Of a stretch of 39,912 nucleotides of DNA, positions 15,593-23,604 are shown in pieces; positions within the stretch are counted from its first letter, which is position 1, and every line of letters starts with the position of its first letter. The translations under genes were made by a program, and so were the position numbers. Below the pieces are notes generated by a model. The model did not search any database and was not told where the DNA came from. It worked only from the letters and a program-made list of their open reading frames with translations. Origin of the DNA: Clostridia bacterium. Lineage in GTDB: Bacteria > Bacillota > Clostridia > Christensenellales > UBA1242. The DNA is taken from positions 1 to 39,912 of the forward strand of contig JAZSRJ010000055.1 of assembly GCA_045538425.1 (NCBI GenBank), given 5' to 3'.

Positions 15593-15621
15593 ATTATAAC
15601 TGACAAACACTCTTTTTGCAA
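15593..15621 (-). promoter_or_regulatory. consensus-like sigma-A promoter of the PrsA-like gene
   Basis: The minus strand reads TTGCAA (15621-15616), a 17-nt spacer, then TATAAT (15598-15593). Confidence 0.55.
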
Positions 15622-15740
15622 CCAAAATACAGCACTTTTTCCATTTTTATCATCCAAAAAGAGACAAAGATTTTTTACCCATAATATGATTATGACACAA
15701 TTTTGAAAAAACAAACCTCACACCATACATCTGCATGGAT

Positions 15741-15770
15741 AAAAAAATGACCAAGCCACTGGTCATCTTT
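15741..15770 (-). terminator. intrinsic terminator of mfd
   Basis: The minus strand reads ATGACCA-GTGGCT-TGGTCAT followed by T7 (plus-strand arms at 15747-15753 and 15760-15766; A run 15741-15747). Confidence 0.65.
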
Positions 15771-18700
15771 TTATTCTATTGCAATGCTAAGCAATCTCAC
15801 AAGTGCTATTATTTTTTCTTTGACGCCCATATCTAGGTCAACAACTACTTTCGCTTGTGCAGACATATCTAGGGACATCATATCATATTGTTCTACCAAA
15901 TCCAGCAAAGCTTGATTGTCATTCTCAAGAGAGAAAAGCAATTGACAAGTCGCTGCTCTCACAATCACTTTTGTTACACCCAATATGCTAGCCAAGTTTT
16001 TCAACATAGCAATCCAAATAAGATTGTCTACTTCACTTGGAACACTTCCGTATCTGCCTGCCAAATACTCCAACAACTTCACACGTTCTTCCTCTTGTCT
16101 TACTTTGGCAATACGAGAGTACACAATAATACGTTCAGTCTCTTCTTCCACATAACTTTGAGGAAGATAGCCATCCAGTGTAGTGGCTACTGTACAATCA
16201 CTCATATTTTCCACTTTTTGTCCTTGCAATTCGGTAATGGCTTCTTGCAACAATGTCATATACATATGATATCCAACTTTTCCCATATGTCCAGATTGTT
16301 CTACCCCAAGAACATTCCCTGCACCACGAATCTCCAAGTCTCTTAACGCAATTTTATACCCCGAACCCATGGCAGAGTATTGTCCAATCGCTTCTAAACG
16401 TTTGTATGCATTGGCAGTAAGCAATCCATCTTTGCGATACATAAAATACGCATAGGCTTGCTTATCACTACGTCCCACTCTTCCTTTCAATTGATACAAT
16501 TGACTTAGTCCCAAATTTTGACTATCGATGACAATCAAAGTGTTGGCACTTGGCAAATCTATTCCATTCTCAATTAGGGTACTTGCAACCAAAACATCTG
16601 TCTCTTTGTTGTACAATCGAATGATCGCATTTTCCAATGTCTTTTCTTCCATTTGACCATGCGCCATATCTACTCGACAATCATCCCCCAACAATTGTTG
16701 CATTCTAGCCACCATGCTTGGCATGGATTCTACATAATTGTAGACAATGAGTGTTTGGCCACCACGTTGCATCTCTTTTTCAACAGCATTCTTAATCACT
16801 GCTTCACTAAACTCTACTACTTGCGTAATACAGTCTTTACGACTCATTGGCGGAATCTCAATCATGGAGATATCTCGTACACCAATCAACGACATGTGTA
16901 GAGTTCTTGGTATTGGAGTGGCACTTAATGTCAAAACGTTGACATCTTTTTTCAAATTCTTAATTTTTTCTTTATCCCCGACACCAAACTTTTGTTCTTC
17001 ATCCAGTACAAGCATACCCAGTTTTGAAAAAGTCACATCACTAGATAGCAATCTATGTGTTCCAATAAGCAAATCTATACGCCCAGCTTTTACTTCGTCT
17101 AGTAAGGCTTTTTGTTCTTTTGCTGTCTTGAATCGATTGAGCACACCAATACGAACTCCAAATGATGACAATCTATCTAGGCATGTCTGGTAATGTTGTT
17201 CGGACAAAATAGTTGTTGGACAAAGAAAAGCAACTTGATATCCATTCAGCACTGTCTTAAGGATAGCACGAATAGCAACTTCTGTCTTTCCAAATCCCAC
17301 ATCTCCACAAATCAACCTTTCCATAATACGGCCACTTGCCATATCTTCGTAGATATCAAGGATGGCTTTTTGTTGATCTTCTGTCAGTGTATAAGCAAAA
17401 TTGGTATCAAGCAAACTTTCCGTTTCGCTATCTCTTGCGTACACAACACCCTTTTTCTCATTACGTGCTTTATACAATTCTACCAAAGAGAAAGCCAATT
17501 CTTTTAGACTGGATTTTACTTTTGCTTTTACTTTTAAGAATTCGCCTGATCCTAATTTTGACAACTGAGGAACTTCTTTTCCTCCAAGATATTTGGACAA
17601 TCGATCCAAATTCTCTACAGGAAGATAGACTGTATCATCATTTTTATACTTTAAGACTAGATATTCTTTTTGACCATTGTCCGCTTTTAACATGATGTTG
17701 CCGTCATATCTTGCTATACCATAACTAGCATGAACAACATAATCTCCCACTTCAGGCAAATCAATCAAAGTATCTATACTTGCAACTTTTTTGGTTTTTA
17801 CCTCAAACAAATGATCGCTACCGATCACAATCAACTTTTCATTCAATAAGCCAAAACTCACAGGATATTCTTTGGTGACCAAATGAATATGTCCATGATT
17901 GCAATTGCGCAGTGTTTTGACAACCTCATAAGATACACGATAACTATCCAATCTTTTAGCAACACGTGATGCATAATCTTCTGTTTTTCCAAAAACAACG
18001 ACTTCATAACCACCACGAAAATAATTGGCTATATCATGTGCCAACTGATCCAAATCATCAATATATTTTCTAATTGGCAGTGTTTTGATATGAAAAACAG
18101 CATGAGAACTAAACCAACGATTGTTGCTGCTAAGATTACCAAACGCAACAACTGTTCTTTCTTGCAATGCTTGGATCAATTCTTCCATAGAACAAAGCAG
18201 TTGTTTGTGCTGTGGCAAGTACTGTCCCATTTTTATCTCATCATCAATGACAATCTTGCTTTTTTGAATAAAAGCATTGGTTTTGTCATAGATCACTTTG
18301 TGCTCATCCATCACCACAACCACATCTTGAGCAAGCATCTCCCATAATGTGATTTTTGGTAAGTATGGCAAATAATAATCTTCGTGTCCTACATCATGAA
18401 TTAAGCGATCACTCTCTACTTGATTGGAAAGTGTGCGCAAGTTATCCAAAGAGTTGGATAGTGTGCACTTTTTTATACTAACGTCAATATCTTTAGTGAT
18501 TTTGTCAAAAAGTAGATTGTTTTTGGTGTCAATCAAAGTATTGGACGTAATTTCGTAAGCAGTAAGACTTTCAATTTTTTCAAAAGTCAAAGGGCTATAT
18601 TTTGTAATACTTTCCAGTGTTGTATCAAAAAAAGATAATCGCAAGATGGTCTCTTCTTGGTCAAGATATATATCCATACTATCCCCATGCAGCGAGATAT

Positions 18701-19160
18701 CTCCTTTTTCACTTACACTTTCTACTCTTCTATACCCAAATCCTACAAACTGTGACAATAATGACTTGGGATCATATTCTTCATCAATACTTAACAATAC
18801 ATGACCCACATTGATCTTAAAGTAACTATGCAACACTTCTGGATAAGCAACTAGCACCTCAATTGCACCAGAATTCAGTCCATAGATTTTGCTAATAGTG
18901 TCTTGATAGATGCTATTCTTATCTTGGATACTAGGATACAAAATAGATTGTAACATAGCACTTGGTCTTGTCATTTTGGATAAAACATTTTTTGCATCTT
19001 GTTCATCTTGAGCAATATATAAAACAGGACGATCAATGCTATGCGTTAAAAAAAGTTTTTCTGCACGAGAAAAACCAAAGACGGTATACCTACCCCCTTT
19101 TTGTATTTTGTCTAATAATAATTTTGTATTACTATCTCTTGGGATAACATGATCTAACAT
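15771..19160 (-). CDS. mfd: transcription-repair coupling factor Mfd
   Basis: 1129 aa. Superfamily-2 helicase motifs: GDVGFGKTEVA (Walker A), LVLDEEQKFGV (DEEQ box) and TLSATPIPRTL. CarD-like region: GDYVVHASYGIARY. Located directly downstream of pth, as in B. subtilis. Confidence 0.95.
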   Translation of the reverse strand: MLDHVIPRDSNTKLLLDKIQKGGRYTVFGFSRAEKLFLTHSIDRPVLYIAQDEQDAKNVLSKMTRPSAMLQSILYPSIQDKNSIYQDTISKIYGLNSGAIEVLVAYPEVLHSYFKINVGHVLLSIDEEYDPKSLLSQFVGFGYRRVESVSEKGDISLHGDSMDIYLDQEETILRLSFFDTTLESITKYSPLTFEKIESLTAYEITSNTLIDTKNNLLFDKITKDIDVSIKKCTLSNSLDNLRTLSNQVESDRLIHDVGHEDYYLPYLPKITLWEMLAQDVVVVMDEHKVIYDKTNAFIQKSKIVIDDEIKMGQYLPQHKQLLCSMEELIQALQERTVVAFGNLSSNNRWFSSHAVFHIKTLPIRKYIDDLDQLAHDIANYFRGGYEVVVFGKTEDYASRVAKRLDSYRVSYEVVKTLRNCNHGHIHLVTKEYPVSFGLLNEKLIVIGSDHLFEVKTKKVASIDTLIDLPEVGDYVVHASYGIARYDGNIMLKADNGQKEYLVLKYKNDDTVYLPVENLDRLSKYLGGKEVPQLSKLGSGEFLKVKAKVKSSLKELAFSLVELYKARNEKKGVVYARDSETESLLDTNFAYTLTEDQQKAILDIYEDMASGRIMERLICGDVGFGKTEVAIRAILKTVLNGYQVAFLCPTTILSEQHYQTCLDRLSSFGVRIGVLNRFKTAKEQKALLDEVKAGRIDLLIGTHRLLSSDVTFSKLGMLVLDEEQKFGVGDKEKIKNLKKDVNVLTLSATPIPRTLHMSLIGVRDISMIEIPPMSRKDCITQVVEFSEAVIKNAVEKEMQRGGQTLIVYNYVESMPSMVARMQQLLGDDCRVDMAHGQMEEKTLENAIIRLYNKETDVLVASTLIENGIDLPSANTLIVIDSQNLGLSQLYQLKGRVGRSDKQAYAYFMYRKDGLLTANAYKRLEAIGQYSAMGSGYKIALRDLEIRGAGNVLGVEQSGHMGKVGYHMYMTLLQEAITELQGQKVENMSDCTVATTLDGYLPQSYVEEETERIIVYSRIAKVRQEEERVKLLEYLAGRYGSVPSEVDNLIWIAMLKNLASILGVTKVIVRAATCQLLFSLENDNQALLDLVEQYDMMSLDMSAQAKVVVDLDMGVKEKIIALVRLLSIAIE

Positions 19161-19164
19161 TATT

Positions 19165-19698
19165 TTAATCCATCAATCCTTTGATGATTTTTTCAATTGT
19201 ATCACACGCTTCTGCTTGTGCTTGTCTAATCGGTTCTAGTTTTTCTTGAGAAATATTGGACAACACATAGTCTGCCAAATCCATGCGTTCGTCTCGACCA
19301 ATCCCTACTCTTACTCTTTGGAATTCGCTTGATCCTACAAGACCAATGATACTACGCATCCCATTGTGTGTCCCTGCACTACCATTTTTACGGTAACGGA
19401 TTTTTCCAACAGGAAGATCAATATCATCATAGACAACCACTACATGATCAAGTGGTACTTTGAGTCCTCTTACAACACCAGATACCGCTTTTCCACTCAA
19501 ATTCATATATGTAGTAGGTTTCATGAGTAGTACTTTTTCACCTTCGTACATTGTCTCTGCCACCATACTATCATATTTTTTCTTACGAAACTCTGCTCCC
19601 CAACGACTCGCCAACATATCCACTGTTTGGAAACCAACATTATGATAAGTCTTAGCATATTGTCCATCTGGATTACCAAGTCCAACAATTACGTACAT
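19165..19698 (-). CDS. pth: peptidyl-tRNA hydrolase
   Basis: 177 aa. VGLGNPDGQYAKTYHNVGF, KPTTYMNLSG and GTHNGMRS are canonical Pth motifs. Confidence 0.95.
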   Translation of the reverse strand: MYVIVGLGNPDGQYAKTYHNVGFQTVDMLASRWGAEFRKKKYDSMVAETMYEGEKVLLMKPTTYMNLSGKAVSGVVRGLKVPLDHVVVVYDDIDLPVGKIRYRKNGSAGTHNGMRSIIGLVGSSEFQRVRVGIGRDERMDLADYVLSNISQEKLEPIRQAQAEACDTIEKIIKGLMD

Positions 19699-19699
19699 A

Positions 19700-20467
19700 T
19701 TATTCTCCTTTGTATATCGTTTTTCCTTTGAGTACTGTATAAGGTTCTATTTCACTATTTTCTTTGATCAATACATCTGTTAAGTGACTAGCATGAACGA
19801 CAGAAAAACGCAAAATGGTACTATGATCAATAACACAACCTGCGCCAATATAACAACCATCACCAATCACTGTCTCATTGCGCAAAATAACATTTGGAGC
19901 AATGACAACATCATTACCAATCACAACATTGCTATCAATGTAAGTGGTTGCTGGATCTATCAATCTTACCCCTTGGCGCATATGAAAATTGTTGATTTTG
20001 TTACGCAAATACGTTGTCGCATAACTTAAAGACAACTGATCGACAATTTTATAAAATCTATCTCTGCCAATTGGCACAGTAAATAAGTCATACAATCGCT
20101 CGATATGATCTAATTTGTGCGTAGCAAAAAGATACCCTTCCTCTAATTTTACAACATTTTGTTCTTTGTAGACAGCATAATCTAAGATATCCATAATATC
20201 TTGTTTTAGAAGCAATGGGCAAGTGGCTGGCAATACCAACACATACTTACTATCTGTCACCGTCTTTTTAGCAATGGATAGATAATCAATTTCTTTTTCT
20301 ACACTCACTTTTCTTACGTCAAATATAGATACCTGTGACGTCATCCAATCAATTACTTTTTTACCAGCAATGGTACTTTCACTGAGTGGATTATTAGATA
20401 CCAATACAACTGTGAGATACTCTTCATTATATTCTATTGTTTTGGATTTTGTCTTTGTTTCGACCAT
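19700..20467 (-). CDS. truncated, probably non-catalytic GlmU-like protein (degenerate nucleotidyltransferase fold plus short left-handed beta-helix)
   Basis: 255 aa. RQGVRLIDPATTYIDSNVVIGNDVVIAPNVILRNETVIGDGCYIGAGCVIDHSTI aligns with the GlmU linker and start of the LbH domain. The N-terminal LAAGxGTRM loop is replaced by VVLVSNNPLSES. A GAGGAG SD precedes ATG 20467. Confidence 0.5.
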   Translation of the reverse strand: MVETKTKSKTIEYNEEYLTVVLVSNNPLSESTIAGKKVIDWMTSQVSIFDVRKVSVEKEIDYLSIAKKTVTDSKYVLVLPATCPLLLKQDIMDILDYAVYKEQNVVKLEEGYLFATHKLDHIERLYDLFTVPIGRDRFYKIVDQLSLSYATTYLRNKINNFHMRQGVRLIDPATTYIDSNVVIGNDVVIAPNVILRNETVIGDGCYIGAGCVIDHSTILRFSVVHASHLTDVLIKENSEIEPYTVLKGKTIYKGE

Positions 20468-20913
20468 TGTTTTTCTCTCCTCAAATTTTGAAAGAATGTT
20501 TGCAATAATTGTCTACACTCACATTCTAAGACACCACCTACCCATTGGGTTTTGTGGTTGAAAGGATATTGCTCCCCGCTTGATATTGTAGGGTATTTTT
20601 CATCTTTTGCCCCATAATATACCTTATCTAATCTGGCACTGAGTATTGCCCCATAACACATGAGACAAGGCTCAAACGTGACATACATGGTACAGCCATC
20701 TAAGTAAAAATTGCGTAATTTTTTACTAGCTTGTCTAATTGCCATGATTTCTGCATGACAAGTAGCATCTTGACGCTTTTCTTTTTGATTGTATCCTACG
20801 CCAACAACCTTGCCATCTTTCACAATAATTGCACCCACTGGGACATCTTGTTTACAACGTTTGGCAACTTCAATTGCTTGCCTCATATATTGATTGATTG
20901 TTTCTTGTTCCAT
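20434..20913 (-). CDS. tadA: tRNA adenosine(34) deaminase TadA
   Basis: 159 aa. The CDA zinc motifs are HAEIMAI and PCLMCYGAI. The 3' end overlaps the next gene by 34 nt. Confidence 0.9.
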   Translation of the reverse strand: MEQETINQYMRQAIEVAKRCKQDVPVGAIIVKDGKVVGVGYNQKEKRQDATCHAEIMAIRQASKKLRNFYLDGCTMYVTFEPCLMCYGAILSARLDKVYYGAKDEKYPTISSGEQYPFNHKTQWVGGVLECECRQLLQTFFQNLRREKQWSKQRQNPKQ

Positions 20914-20965
20914 AATTTCTCTTTGTGTTTTTTATTTAGTGTACACACTTTTTCAATACAACGAT

Positions 20966-21433
20966 TTATTTGTGATAAGCAATATTCTTTGCAATGGTTT
21001 CGGCTCTGTAGAGTTGTTCGCAAAGAATCACACGCATCAATTGATGAGGAAATGTCATTGGTGAAAAACTCAAACGCAAATTAGCACGACTTCTCACCTT
21101 TTCACTCGTACCATAACTTCCACCAATAACGAAGGTGATGAGACTATCTTGTTGTTTGATGGTTTGCAATGTTTTGGATAGTTCTACGCTATCAAGCATC
21201 TTACCACCTATATCACAAAGCACCACATAACCATTGCATTTGCTGAGCAATCGCTCTCCTTCTTTTTCAATCACCTGAATAATATCACTAGGCCGATCAT
21301 GACGCAGTTTTTCTTCCTCTACTTCTAGTATTGACACCTCAGCAAATCTCGACAAACGTTTGGTATATTCTTCTACGGCTTGTGTATAAAATTTTTCTTT
21401 AATGTTACCTACACAGACGATATTGTATCTCAT
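20966..21433 (-). CDS. rlmH: 23S rRNA (pseudouridine1915-N3)-methyltransferase RlmH
   Basis: The true start is ATG 21433 (MRYNIVCVGNIKEKFY...), overlapping the upstream stop as TAATG. The C-terminal ITFVIGGSYG...LSFSPMTFPHQLMRVILCEQLYRA is the SPOUT/RlmH signature. Confidence 0.9.
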   Translation of the reverse strand: MRYNIVCVGNIKEKFYTQAVEEYTKRLSRFAEVSILEVEEEKLRHDRPSDIIQVIEKEGERLLSKCNGYVVLCDIGGKMLDSVELSKTLQTIKQQDSLITFVIGGSYGTSEKVRSRANLRLSFSPMTFPHQLMRVILCEQLYRAETIAKNIAYHK

Positions 21434-22605
21434 TACAACAACCCCCATATAAAGGTAGATAGCGTCACAAGTACACCAAGGACAATGCTTCCTATTAAGA
21501 AGATATTCACCCAAAGTGGTGGTTTTAGAATAGATTTTTGCTCTGGTAAGAACAAATCTAATACATCTTTTTTGGTGCCAACATTATTTCTGTTTTCCAA
21601 ACCAAAAATATCTTTAACTCTCTCTGCACGTTGTTTTTGTTCTAGTAAAGCAAACATGGCATAACCAATCTCCATACGCGAATCTTGCGCATTTTGTTCT
21701 TCTAGAGATTGCTCCATGAGTATTCTTTCCTTTTCCATTTGTTGCATGCGCATTGCATGACGAATACGTTGTAATAAGAATAGACTGCCTAAGACAAGTA
21801 GTGCCATGACCACTACACTGGCTAACAATCCCACAACTGCAGAAGTATTGCTTAAGAATAGATTGATAACATCATAGAAGTCACCCAACCACCATCCATT
21901 GTAACTAGCATAGATCAGATAAACATTGAGTGCGTTGTTGATAAAATGCAAAATGACACCTGTCCAGATAGATTTTGTCATTACAACAATCAATCCAAAG
22001 ATCCAACCAAGAATGGTTGCATAAAAGAATTTTTCAATTGAAAAATGCATCAAGCCAAAGAGTAATCCTGAGAAAAAGATTGCTTTTTTATATCCTATAT
22101 CTTTTGTGCCATTGAGTAGTATGCCACGATGTAAAAATTCTTCACAGATGGCAGGATATACGGCTGTGATTAAAAGTTCGAATAAGAAAACTTTGATCCC
22201 TGTATCTGCAAGTTCTGGTACTTTGGTGATACTAACTGGTGTCTCATACCCAAAAATGTAGATAATTTCGTTGAAAAAACTAGAGATCCCAATATTAAGC
22301 GCAAACAACAATACACCAAGGATGATCACCAAAAGAATAACTTTTCCACTAAGTGGTTTTGGTTGAATTGTTTGGATGACAATTTGTTGTTTTTTAGGCA
22401 TAAGCGCCCAATACAACAAACCTGGAATGGCCACCAAAATAAGTATATGAATGAGAGATCCGTAGATCAAATTGTATCCATAATAATTATCTACTTTGAT
22501 CCAACCTTGATTGGACATAATACGGACACCACAAAAAAGTACCATACTGATAAAATAGATAAGATACACACTAAATATATTTTTGTTGGTAGATTTGTAT
22601 TTCAT
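21433..22605 (-). CDS. CPBP-family intramembrane glutamic endopeptidase (CAAX protease / Abi-like) with a C-terminal coiled-coil plus TM extension
   Basis: 390 aa. CPBP motifs are CEEFLHRGIL, FGLMHFS and HFINN. There is an extra tail of about 110 aa (RMQQMEKERILMEQSLEEQ...) ending in a TM segment. Confidence 0.8.
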   Translation of the reverse strand: MKYKSTNKNIFSVYLIYFISMVLFCGVRIMSNQGWIKVDNYYGYNLIYGSLIHILILVAIPGLLYWALMPKKQQIVIQTIQPKPLSGKVILLVIILGVLLFALNIGISSFFNEIIYIFGYETPVSITKVPELADTGIKVFLFELLITAVYPAICEEFLHRGILLNGTKDIGYKKAIFFSGLLFGLMHFSIEKFFYATILGWIFGLIVVMTKSIWTGVILHFINNALNVYLIYASYNGWWLGDFYDVINLFLSNTSAVVGLLASVVVMALLVLGSLFLLQRIRHAMRMQQMEKERILMEQSLEEQNAQDSRMEIGYAMFALLEQKQRAERVKDIFGLENRNNVGTKKDVLDLFLPEQKSILKPPLWVNIFLIGSIVLGVLVTLSTFIWGLL

Positions 22606-22620
22606 AGATATTTCCTTATA

Positions 22621-23604
22621 TTAAAATCCAACGACTGTTCCTGCAATCCACAAAACAATCAAAATGGCAATTCCAAAGATCAACCACATTACACTAGTTA
22701 ATGACATTTTTTCTTTGACAACTGTTGTAGTAGATTGTTCTGTTTTCTTTACATGTTTTGTCCAAACAATCAGCATAGTTGTTATGAGCGCCATCCCCAC
22801 AACAAACGCAAGGACAACATATAGTATATTATACCACTTTGCAAAGTCTATCAACCAAGGTGTTGTTATATTTTGTAAAAAAGATAGAATAACAACACTA
22901 GCATTGTTGGTTAAGTGGATAATCATACTGTATAGTATGTTGCCAGTCATGTAAGTAATATATGACAAAACAAAACCCAATATGAGTTGGTAGATAGATT
23001 GTTCGAGTGAACCATGAGCAAGCATGAAGATCACACTTGTGAGTGTTACTGCCCACACTCCTTTCATAGAGTGTCCAAGACCTTTTAAGATTGCACCACG
23101 ATAGATGAGTTCTTCACATACCGCTGGAAGCAAGCATAAGAATACTAAATTAAGCACAAGATCCCATGCATTATTAAGAGGCAATGTCGTCCCTGTTGGA
23201 GTATAACCAAGACGAGCAAAGAGACTGCCAATATAACTAATGAGTGGCGCACTTGCTACAACACAAACGACCCCTATCACAATAGCTACACTCACTCCTC
23301 TTTTTGTGGTACGTTTTGCCTCAAATGCTTGTGGTAATAATACATTGTTTTTCTTGCAATATTTGATTAAAAACAACATCATAAAACCAAAGAAAACAAT
23401 ATATTGTAGACAAATAGCATATTTGTTGTTGGCAAGACTGTGGTTGATACCGAGCAATCCTTGTAAGATGGCGACAACCAAACCTGCAACAATAGAGGCT
23501 AATAAAGAAGAAACTATCGCACACAACACAAAAATCATTGCAGCATCTTTGCTGTCAAAATGACTACGCTTGAGTATCACTGGTTGTTGTTCTGTCTTTT
23601 TCAT
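22621..23604 (-). CDS. CPBP-family intramembrane glutamic endopeptidase, second copy
   Basis: 327 aa. Motifs are CEELIYRGAIL, FMLAHGS and HLTNN. An AAGGAGAAG SD precedes ATG 23604. The start overlaps the yfhO-like 3' end by 41 nt. Confidence 0.8.
   Translation of the reverse strand: MKKTEQQPVILKRSHFDSKDAAMIFVLCAIVSSLLASIVAGLVVAILQGLLGINHSLANNKYAICLQYIVFFGFMMLFLIKYCKKNNVLLPQAFEAKRTTKRGVSVAIVIGVVCVVASAPLISYIGSLFARLGYTPTGTTLPLNNAWDLVLNLVFLCLLPAVCEELIYRGAILKGLGHSMKGVWAVTLTSVIFMLAHGSLEQSIYQLILGFVLSYITYMTGNILYSMIIHLTNNASVVILSFLQNITTPWLIDFAKWYNILYVVLAFVVGMALITTMLIVWTKHVKKTEQSTTTVVKEKMSLTSVMWLIFGIAILIVLWIAGTVVGF

Noticed and set aside
15888-19147. Several plus-strand ORFs of 60-150 aa antisense to mfd (15888-16346, 16747-17193, 17193-17695, 18036-18347)
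   Set aside because: They are antisense shadows within a well-supported 1129-aa Mfd ORF.
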